Part shown: piece by piece, positions 9,146-20,000 of the stretch
Layout of the letters: each line of letters opens with the position of its first letter
Numbering within the stretch: position 1 is the first letter of the stretch
Source of the DNA: an uncultured Gammaproteobacteria bacterium
GTDB taxonomy: Bacteria; Pseudomonadota; Gammaproteobacteria; CAISUE01
Length of the DNA stretch: 64,000 bases
Direction of reading: 5' to 3'
Assembly: GCA_903888615.1 (NCBI GenBank)
Contig: CAISUE010000055.1
Coordinates: forward strand, 3,594-67,593
The notes under the pieces: generated by a model
Database searches by the model: none
The model's input: only the letters and a program-made list of their open reading frames with translations
What the model was told of the DNA's origin: nothing
Position numbers and translations under genes: made by a program

Positions 9146-10432
9146 ATGCTTCTCGTCTTAGCTTACGCCATGGTCATTGTGTTTATGTGGCTCATTATGA
9201 CCAAACGTCTCTCTGCTTTAGTCGCTTTAATTATCGTCCCTATCCTCTTTGGCTTATTAGGCGGATTTGGCAAAACGCTGGGGCCAATGATGTTAATGGG
9301 TATTGAACATATTGTACCGACCAGCGTCATGATCATGTTTGCTATTTTATATTTTGGCATTATGATCGATGTCGGCTTATTTGATTTTTTTGTCAATCAA
9401 ATAACGCGCTTAGCCAAGGGTGACCCCCTGAAAGTGATTGTAGGTACGTGTCTATTGGCGCTGCTTATTTCACTCGACGGCGATGGGGCGACCTGCTATC
9501 TATTAACCGTAGCAGCTATGTTACCTCTCTACCAGCGTCTTGGTATAAGTAAAGTGATTTTAACTTGTGTGATCATGTTAGCCAGTGGCGTTATGAATAT
9601 TTTGCCATGGGGAGGGCCTACGACACGGGCGGCTAGTGCGCTTAATCTCTCCCCTAGTAGTATTTTTGTGCCGATGATCCCTGCGTTATGCGTGACCATT
9701 GTCTGGATTGTTGGCATCGCTTATTGGCTGGGCCTAAAAGAACGTAAACGCTTAGGTATTATAAAAATTCTGGTTAAAAAAGACTTCATTACCGGTACTG
9801 CTTTAGTTGGAAAAGCCAGGCCTAAACTCTTTTTTGTTAATTTATCACTTACTCTTGCCTTACTGATTTTATTAGTTCTTGAAATATTTCCTTTGGCGAC
9901 TTTATTTATGACTTTTTTTGCGATTGCGCTGTTGATTAATTATCCCAATCCAACAGAACAAAAAGAATGCATTATGTTACACGCAAAAAATGTTTTACCG
10001 GTTATTGCCTTGATTTTTGCAGCCGGTGTTTTCGTTGGGATTTTCCAAGGCACAAAAATGCTCGATGCCATCGCCACCCATATGGTTACCAATATTCCCC
10101 AATCAGTCGGTTCACATCTTGCGGTCATTACCGGCATACTGAGCATGCCCTTTACTTTTTTTATTTCTAACGATGCTTTTTATTTTGGAGTTTTACCGAT
10201 TCTGGCCAAAGCAGCAGCGCCTTATGGCATCAGTACTGCTCAAATAGCCCGTGCTGCGATTATTGGACAACCGGTACACGTGTTAAGCCCACTGGTTGCC
10301 TCAACTTACCTACTCGTTGGCTTGGCCGATGTTGACCTAGGCGTTCATCAACGTCATACCTTACTTTGGTCTGTCAGTGCTTCTATCGTCATGTTAATAG
10401 GAGGGCTTTTTTTTAACAGCATACCTTTTTAA
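9146..10432 (+). CDS. CitMHS-family citrate/divalent-cation:H+ symporter
   Basis: 428 aa, polytopic. The N-terminus MLLVLAYAMVIVFMWLIMTKRLSALVALIIVPILFGLLGGFG and the motifs GDPLK, SLDGDGAT and ILPWGGPT closely follow CitM/CitH-type transporters. Confidence 0.85.
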   Translation: MLLVLAYAMVIVFMWLIMTKRLSALVALIIVPILFGLLGGFGKTLGPMMLMGIEHIVPTSVMIMFAILYFGIMIDVGLFDFFVNQITRLAKGDPLKVIVGTCLLALLISLDGDGATCYLLTVAAMLPLYQRLGISKVILTCVIMLASGVMNILPWGGPTTRAASALNLSPSSIFVPMIPALCVTIVWIVGIAYWLGLKERKRLGIIKILVKKDFITGTALVGKARPKLFFVNLSLTLALLILLVLEIFPLATLFMTFFAIALLINYPNPTEQKECIMLHAKNVLPVIALIFAAGVFVGIFQGTKMLDAIATHMVTNIPQSVGSHLAVITGILSMPFTFFISNDAFYFGVLPILAKAAAPYGISTAQIARAAIIGQPVHVLSPLVASTYLLVGLADVDLGVHQRHTLLWSVSASIVMLIGGLFFNSIPF

Positions 10433-10610
10433 CACTTAATGCTAGGGCTTGTTGTTACGCCTCTTGGTGGATTTTGATCGGTTGACCAAAAGTGTAATCT
10501 GTGGCCTACTTAATTAAAGCCCCACGGAATTTACAGAAACAAGCATGCATACCCAATCCTTCACTTATTTATAACTCCTCCATCAACGCTAAAATGAAAC
10601 TGTTAAAAAC

Positions 10611-11060
10611 CTAATGATCAATCCCTATGCCAGCAACTATCGGTGCAGTAATCATCAGTAAAAAATTAATAACGGTGATAAAACTCATCCTTATTTCTGC
10701 TTTGCTTGCCGTTTTAATATCGTAATTAATTTTTTTAAGGGCTGCGTAAGGATTTTTGGTAAGTGGCATCCCCAAACCCAAATATTTAAAAACAATATAC
10801 ATGGCTATTTCTCCTGGAGCTAAAAACCACTCTGGAAATAAAACAAGTCCATATCCAGGCATATTAAATACAAGTTTCATTTTATATCTAGATTCAATTT
10901 TAGGGATAATCCAATAGTGATATATAAAAGGTTCTACAAACACAAAAAATGTTACACAAAAAAAAATAATAAAATGTAATATCCTGGGTAAGGCAATGTG
11001 TAAAAAAAATTTATCCAAAATGCCATAATTAACTTTTCCTACTTTAGATTTTAAAATCAT
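10611..11060 (-). CDS. Small polytopic membrane protein; candidate immunity protein for the RHS toxin C-terminus
   Basis: 149 aa with about 4 predicted TM segments. Its ATG (11060) lies inside the last 5 codons of the toxin gene (stop at 11044-11046), a 17-nt overlap consistent with translational coupling. Confidence 0.5.
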   Translation of the reverse strand: MILKSKVGKVNYGILDKFFLHIALPRILHFIIFFCVTFFVFVEPFIYHYWIIPKIESRYKMKLVFNMPGYGLVLFPEWFLAPGEIAMYIVFKYLGLGMPLTKNPYAALKKINYDIKTASKAEIRMSFITVINFLLMITAPIVAGIGIDH

Positions 11061-14000
11061 GTTTATCTTCTACCCATTCAGCAAGATGTTCCATGAAATA
11101 CTCACCGGCTGTCGAAGTACCTACTATAACGGCAGGAAGCACAATCAAAGATGTGCCCAAACTTGCGGGCACAGTGGCCCCTACAGCTACCTCACCGACA
11201 AATACCCCCGCTACTTCCCCCACAAACTCAGCCCCTTTAACAAAACCGACACGCGTTCTTTGACCTTGAGGTACTTGCGCTACAGCAATACCTTTTTGGA
11301 TAGCATCTATACTCAAAATACCGACTTTGGCATAAAGTGACAATTTAGATAATAAATTGCCGTATAGTTTGGCAGTATTAGCAAGGTTAGTTTGAGTCTT
11401 AGCCATCAGCCTATTCACATCGACTCCCGCCTCAGACGCTAATGAATCCATTACGGGTGCATTTAAAATATTTTTGGCATTAGTCGCGCTTTTTGTCGCC
11501 ATCAGATAATACTCTTCACTCATGGTTTTAGCCGTTTCACTGATGCTTTCAACCGTCGCGGCCGACCATTTGGTAATTGACATATACGATTGTTTTTCAG
11601 CTTTATACAAACCATTAAAAAATCCTGGTTGTTGCCTGGAATTCCCTGCGCTGCCATTTGCCATCCCCCAAGCATTGTTCACGCTGGATTGTGCCATCGT
11701 GATACCCGTCACAGGGCCAAGTAAGTAAGGGAAGATAGGGTTTGGATCTTGATAGGATTGTGAAGGGGACGCAAAAATAGCAGCGGTTCTGGCTATCGGC
11801 CGCACAGCCTGCTGCTTCACGCTGGTCACAGGAATGTTGCTATTACTGAGTACACTTAAGGCAAAGTCTTGAGCATCGAGGCCACCGAATAAAAGATCGT
11901 TCATGTCGCTTAACGGGCTGGCGCTGGCATTGGCGCCGATTCCTTGCGAAGCCGCCGAGGCGTGGTAATAGGCACTGTCGGCCATCGGGCCCATGTTATT
12001 AAACACCCTGGCAGCACCGATGTGCGTGGCTTGGCTGCTATTGACTTCACTGGCGCGATCATGGGCCGCTCTGACTTGATCGCCGATGCTATTGCCAATG
12101 GTGGCGCCAATCGCTTGGGCCATGGCGATTTCGATATCGGGTGAGCCACCCATGATCGCGCTGCCGACCAAGGTAGCCACCATATCATCGGTGACTTCGT
12201 TTAAAGCGCGGGTTAATTGTGGGGCATTGGTTATAGTTAAGGATGAACTGATCCCTTGCGCAATGCCGGCTTCGACAATCGCTGCTAACAATTCTTTGGC
12301 ATCAAAGCCTGAGCGTTTACCTGCTGCGATTAACGCTAATTGATCCATGATATTCATCGTGCCGGCAAAAACCATTAACTGAATCAAGCGCGCAAAGGTG
12401 AATTGACTAAAAAAAGTCGGGAAAAAATTTGCCGCCACACCACTTCCGGTGGCACCCGCGCCAGCAGGTGCGCTAAAGCCTGCCACCATACCGGCAGTAA
12501 TCCCGGTGGTAATGACTTCTTGCCACGAAAAGGATTGCAATAAGCCGACATTGACGGCTATTTCTTGCAGCGCCGCATCCGATGCCGCAGCGATCGCGAT
12601 TTCGATCAAGGCAACGGATAATTCACTGGCTGTGCCGCCGCTAAAGTAAGCGATGGCAACGGCAATAATATCGATGGCGACGCGAACGATGGTGTCAGTG
12701 CAATGGCCTTTTTTCGAATGTGGCTCGGCGAATTGCAAATGGGGCAAGAGGGTGCCGGTGATGTATTGCTGAACGCGCGATGGTGGGAGTTGGTCGGTCG
12801 ATTTATTGCCCTGCGGAATAAATTGCGGGGTGATCACTTGAGCGCCTACTTGTGGAATGACGCCGGCGGCATCTCCCGCACTTTCCGCTAAACTGGCCGA
12901 CGCATCGGCCATGGTGCCATAAATACTTTGCGCTAACAGATCATAAGTATCACCCGTTTTGACGGTGACTACTTGTGGCACGGGAGATAAGCTGTCACTG
13001 CTAACAAAATCATTAAAATGCCAGTTTTCTTTAATATCTTCATGATGGTTTTTGTGTCGATAAGCCGCTGATCGGGTCGTTAAACTCATCATCTGGCCGA
13101 TGTTTTCCGCTATGCTCAAGCTGCCGCCAGGCTGACTTTGACCGACGCGATCGGTTTTGTTATTGAACAAGTGGGCGATCTTGCCGCTTGAGGTGGGTAA
13201 GTGATACTGTAGATTAGCAGAGACTGTGCCGGCGCCTAAGGTCGAGGGCAATTGGTTTTGGTAGGAGCCCAAATACGCACCACGTGGCGAATAAAAATAA
13301 ACATTTTTAATACCAAATAACGGGATTGGTTGTGACCTTGAGAAGTGCGCTTGCGCATACAAATACCACTTTTGATACGTGGTGCCATCATCGCCGTTTA
13401 CATACCAAATTAGCCAGGGCGGGGTAGAGTGGCCACTGGGTTGATCATCACTGACGCCCCATTTGCCATTGACTGTGCCATGCGCGTCATGGGTGATGCT
13501 CGAACTGACATTTCGTCGGCCATCTCGCGTTTGCGACCAACCATTGATGCCTGTTGCTTGTGGACTGTCAAAATTAAGGTAATGGTATTGATAGCCATAA
13601 CTAAAATTACTTTGACTATTATTATCTTGAGTTGATTGATTCTCTACACTGCGGCCATCAGCTGCAGGACTTAAGTTAGTGATCACGTGTTCGTAATATC
13701 GCCCCACAGCAGTTTCATCGACTTCATTCGTTTGGAATAACGCTGTATCGGTGGTGATGGCGGTGGTATTTTTTAAATAATTGCGCCAATAGAGTTGGTG
13801 GGAGCCATCGCGTAAGCGCTGATAACCTGAGGGATGATAAAAATAACGGGTAAGCAAAGTGCTATCCCGTAATTGCGCGGTGTGTAATTCACCACTTTGC
13901 CAATAACTGTAATCAAAGCTTTGGCGTGTCCCATTCGGCAGTAGCTGACTTTCAGCGGTGCGCTGGTGATGGATGTAAGTCGTTTCAAAGCCTTGACCGG

Positions 14001-17000
14001 GCAATAATTGCACGCCTTCTGTCGTAAAGGCACCATCGACAATCACGGCGCGATCGGCCCGATCATAGCTAAAGCCGTGATCGAGTTTACTGGTTAATTC
14101 GCGGCCATGGTCATTGACATCGAATAATTTACGCCGAACATTACGGTTGGCATCATACGTAATGACCGCATTCAGTAAACTATCGTTATAGATTTGAATT
14201 TCATCGCCCAGCGCATTATAAATTGCGCTAGAAGTATGAATAATTGTCTGGTCAAAACTGCTTAAGCCAACTGAAGTTGGCCGGTTACCCGCGTCATAAC
14301 TGTATTGGGTATTGACTTGCTGGGCTAGATCTTTAATCGCCATCAAGCGCCCGGCGATATAGCGGTATTCGGAATTAACCGGCGGCGTTGACACTGTGAT
14401 GGGAGTGAACACATCACATAAGACATATTCGGCAGGATGGTGTTTGTGAGCCGGACGGATCATTTTTGAGACAGTGCTTTCACGCAATTGGGTCATGTTT
14501 CCATGATTGCCACCGACGCCGCGCTTAGCAATGACGTCACCTTTTTTATTGTATTCATAGGTGATAACACTGCCGCCGCCATCGGTATGCTGCCCAATGA
14601 CGCCAAAATAACCGAGTTCGTGATCCGGCAGCCACGTTAGGGTGAGCAGTGGATTTTGACAACTCAGTAGAAATTTATCGCGTCCATAAGTAAAGGTCGT
14701 TATCACGCCGGTGGGTATTTTGATCAAGTGTGGATTGTTGCGGCTGTCAAAATCGATTTGCCAGGCATTACCGGCGGCATCTAGGTGTTGATCTTGCTGA
14801 TCCAATTCGTTAAACGTGTAAGTGTGGATTAAGGCGTGCCCGTTATTGCGGGTGACATCATCATTGGGGATGGCGTAGCGAATCAATTGATTACCCTGAT
14901 TATACGCACGGTTAAAAACCGCATTATTGGCAAGTGTCTGACTTAGGCAGCGGCCAAAGCCATCTAAGCTGAAGCGAGCTTCGATCGTACCATCGCCTAA
15001 CAGATGCGCTAAGCGATCGCCGGCGGCATTTAACACATAGGCCTCGAGATTACCTGCCGGCATCAGGGTGCCAAAAAAGAGCCCGCGAATATCATACACG
15101 CGTTGGGTGACGGGTCTAAAATGATCATTCACCGTTCCATCGGCCGCTTGAATACTGATCACCGGTCCAGTTTCGGTTAATACGTGATCACGTAAGCTAA
15201 AGCTTCGATCATACAAAGCCCCACTGGCTTGCATTTCTGAAACAGCATTACCCCGCACATCGCGGGTGTAATCGATATGCCTTAAGAGAGGATCGGGCGG
15301 CAGTAAAGGTTGATCCATACTCGAATAAAGGTTGGATCCAAGGGTTAAGCTTAAGATTAGGGGGGCAGTTTTAGTACCTCCCGCAAAAATATACGGGTAA
15401 TTGCCGGCTGAAAAACCCGTTACATCAAGGACGATGGCACCAGTGGTTACCGATAAGGCCACTTTATCTTTCCAAGTCGCTAAATGGTCAGCACTGACAT
15501 CTAAATAGTGGAGAGTCGGCGGGGTAAGGTACGTTTGGCTTAAGCCGCGCAGCCACGCGATACGAACCGGCGGACAACTCCAAGTAATGATTAAGGTAGG
15601 ATCCAAATCAGCACCAAGCGCCGTTAATTCATCCTGTTTAGCCAGTAATCGATGACCTGTCTGCTTGGCAATCTCTAAGGCGTGCCATGATTCGTCGCTA
15701 TCGGACTGCGCATTGACCCAGGCGTCGGGTAGCTGACCGCGATGGGTCGGCACGGTTGTTTTCTCGACGTTACCACGACGGCCATGCAGTATATGGGTTA
15801 CCTCCAAGTCTTGACTGCCGCTTGGCACAACACGTTGATAGAGCGTGATGGCATCAGCACCAATCAGTAGTTGAATGTCGTAGTCTTTGATTTCTTTGAT
15901 CGCTGCTTCAAAATGAATGTTGGCTTGAAGTTTATGACCAGCAGGATCCGTTACCGTGGTGGTGGGGGTAGCGGGATCGATGACAAAGTGTTCTTCTTGT
16001 AGCGTGTCATTTTGATCCAAATAGCGAATGCGCAGTGACACGCTCGAGTGTTGATAGTCTTTCGGTAACGAATTCCACACGCTTAATTGGCCGTATTGAT
16101 TCAACGTCATTAATTGGCTTAAAGCGGGGATTTCACGCGCCAGAGGAACGCTTGGGGCAAGGGCAGTATTGAGGATAAACGGCAGACTCACATTGAGAGT
16201 AACCCCAGAGCGGGTAATGGCGTGTGCACTATAGGTGCCAGAGACCAGGCTTGCTAAATCTATCCAGTATTGACTTTGATCTGGCTCAAGTGGAAAAGTG
16301 CCGATGGTTCTTGAATCTTGGAATAACGTCACTTCAACCAAGTCATTCACCCCGGCTAAGGTGAGTTTATGGTCCTCTACCACGCGCGCCACCACGCGTT
16401 GATTATTTTGATTAGCACTGATAATGCCGACGCTGCCTGTCGTTTGATAGAGGATTGGCGCTTGTGGTATTGGTGGCGCTCCGGTGGGTGCCTTGAGCGA
16501 ATAATCGATGCGGTAGGTATAGATATCGGTGGCGAGGCTACTGACATCCACATGGCAGCGACCATTAATGGCTTGAATCGGTAATGGATAAATCTGCACA
16601 GGATCAACCCAGCAGCTAAAGGTCATATCCACATTCGACGCACTCGGAATCAGCCAAGATAGGGTGGCAGGTTCTGCGCTAGAAGAGACTTGCAAGGGAA
16701 TGTTAGCAATGACTGACTTCAAGCTGGGCGTGGCGCGTGGTAAAACAGTCCGCAGTAGGCGGCTATTTTCATCGCGCAAAGACAAGGTTATTTCAATGTC
16801 ATCATAATGGCTCGCGGCATTATGGATTAAGGGGATCAGTTGCTCATAGGTCAGGGATTTAACATCCGTTTGTTGGGCGATAATTTCAGCTGTCACATTA
16901 GCCCGTAAGTCATGCAGTAATACCGTTGGGACTTTATTTTCATTGCTTTTCCAGGTGCGACCACTGTTATCTTGCACCCGATAAAGCGGCCAAGTGGCAT

Positions 17001-20000
17001 TATCAGGACCTGCTAGCATTTCATCGCCAAAGGGACTGAATTGTTTGTAGGTCGCTTGAATGAGTTGATGGTCTTCTTTGAGCAATTGTCCAATTACCCG
17101 ACCACGCGCATCCCTGAGAAAGTTTCGTTCATAAATGAGCGTTTTAGGGTTGATCCGACTGGTTAAGGCGCCCCATGTTCGGGCTTGTTGTTTGGTGGCG
17201 CTAAAGGTTGACGATGTCACTAGCCCGCGGGCATTTTGCGTGGCAATAGTTAAGCCCCGCGCGCTATCCATTAATTTAAGCGTTGCTTGATCTTCCGGCG
17301 CCACTGCTGCTGGGGTTGCGATGGGAATCCCATCTTTAAGCGTCGCACCATTGACATAAACGCTGTCAATTATCGCTTGACCATGGGCATTGAGGCCGAT
17401 TATTTTTAACGGGATCAGCGTTGTCTCTGCAACGCTACTTAATTGCCGTGGTTGCGCCGCATGGGCGATTAAATCGCCGGCGGCATTGTGAAAATGATAT
17501 TCGAAGGCCCCATTGGCTAATTGCTGCCGAATTAATTTTTCAATAGCACTGTAATCAAAGCGTTCAACCGCATCGGTGAGATTATTTTTAACGCGCGGAT
17601 TTTGGGGGTCGATTAATTCTAAACTCGCCCAGGCAACATTTTGGAGGGTACGGGAAGCTTTTTTGCCTTGCAAGGTATAGGTGTAGGTTTTGATCTTATC
17701 AAAACCCGGTTTGGTGTTTTCGACTTTAAGATAGAATTGCTTGACCGCATCATAAGGCACGCTTAAATCAGTTAAGTTAAGCGAACAGGGGGTGTAAAAA
17801 TCCTGGGTGGTTATTATTTCTTGATGGGCATTACGCGTCGTTAGTTTGACACGAAAGCCGGTTGTCGAATTTATTTGAGGGCGCTGGTTGACTGCCTCCA
17901 GAATCGGTTTATTGCCTTGATCATAGCTAATGCGTTGGTGTTGCCAGGTCTCAGGGTTCGGTGAAATTAACGTAGAAATTAATTCTGGTTGCCCAAAAAT
18001 CGTTAACGTCCGCTGCATCAATCGATAATGGGTGCCGATATCTTGGGTTGCGGGATTAAAATAAAAACTGCTGGGTTGTCTGCTATCATCAGGATTGCGA
18101 ATAATACCGCTGATGCGCATGGTCCAGTCACTGGTTTGATTATAGTCGTACCATTTAACTTGATCCTGCGGGTTATTTTGCAATTGATTCGCAACTTGAA
18201 CGAGCGCTAATCCCTGTGTTTTGGCTTGCTGGATAGCGACGGAAATAAAAGTCGCATAATGCGTTTCCCACACTTTATCGCCAAAGGCGTTATAGTCATA
18301 CCCCGTGACACTACACAAAATAGTATTGTCAACACGGCTTTCTTCGATGCTTAAAAACCGTAACCGATTCAGATTGTCATAGACGTTAAAGCGATAATGC
18401 TCGTTTTCATCAACTGCAACGATCAACAAACCTTTGGCATTGTAAAGGGCGGTTTTCTTAACATCTTGGCTGACCACTGGCCAGGCAGCGGGATTTAAAC
18501 TGGCGGGTTTCGAGGGATCATCGATGCTGACAGTTGGTACAGTGACTGTTTGTAAGCGATTAAGCGGCGTATAGGTATTCGTCACGGAGCGTTGTTGATC
18601 GCCTTCAAAATCCGCTAACAGTGAAATAACATTGTTGTTGTTATCGTAATCGCGTTTGGTTTTAACGGCGCGCATGACAGCCGTTGGGCTAAGTTTGCCA
18701 TCCGGCGTTAAGCTAACCGTAGTGATCCTTTGAGCCGGTGTGGTCGTTAAGACTTGGCGTTTAGCGCGATCATAAGCAAAGCTCGTTATTTGGCCTTCGC
18801 GATTGTGATGCTGTTTAATATGGCTTAAGGCATCTCGTTCAAAAATATCTTCGTTGCCTAAGGGATCGATGATTTTGATTTGGGCATCAGCGTTATTAAA
18901 GGTGAATTTCTTAATGCGATCGCAGTTAGGGTCGGGAACAAGCGCCATGACCGCGACTTTTAAAGCCGCATCATCGATCGGTACGGGCGCTAAAAGGGCA
19001 GAAAAATGGATTTCTTCAATAAGATTATTGTTTTCATCGTGCAGAAAACGAATGACTTGGCCAGTGGCATTGACGCTATATAAAGGTTTACCAAAGGTAT
19101 CAAAGCCATAAGCTTGGACGTGATCACGTGAAGGATCGGCAATGGTTAGCACCTTTAGACAAAAATCATCAAACGTTAGTGCTAACCATGCATCGATTTG
19201 ATGCATGGGCGTGGCATAATCGATTGCCCGCACGACCCGTTTTTCAGCATCAAAACGCGTTTCGTGTAATTTACCCCGCGCATTGATCGAAAAACAACAA
19301 TCGCCGGCAGGATTGTAATATTTATACACGCTGCGGTCGTGAACGGCATCTTTAATGCTAGCGCTTAACCTTTCCAGTGATGCTGTGCTAAAGGTCGCTA
19401 TCGAGGTTACATCGATTAAGGTGGCATAGACGCACTGCATTTTTTCATGGCGCTGGTCATTGTATTGCTGTTCTTTGACTATGCCTTGTAACGTCGCACT
19501 CGATGAACCTGCTTTTACTTGACAGCTTAAGCGCACTGAAAAACGCAAACTGCCATTAGCATCTCTAAAGTGGTAGCTCACGTTGTCGGCAGTCGCATTG
19601 ACAATCTCACTGACCAACTGTTCAAGCTGCGTCGTGCTAGTATGATCATCGACCAGCACAGGGTTTTCATAAACAGCATGGTAATTTACCCGATTCATCG
19701 CATCATAACGCCATGTTTGCACCGCCCCATTGGCCGCTATTTTGAAGCGTTTATTACCGGATAAATCGTAGTAGAGTCGGTAAATCGCCCCGTTTTGATC
19801 GGTGTGTTTAATCACCCGATCAAGCTTATCTAATGTTGAGATCGTCGTTAACGCTAGCGCAGCAGGATCAATGATTTTACTGTTTGGCCGGCCAAAGGCA
19901 TCTTGTTGATACGTGACGTGATATTGATGGGGGTTAGTTACATCGCCATGCACTTCTTCAAAAAGTACCCGCTGGCCATTGTATTTTTTCGTCACTAGCA

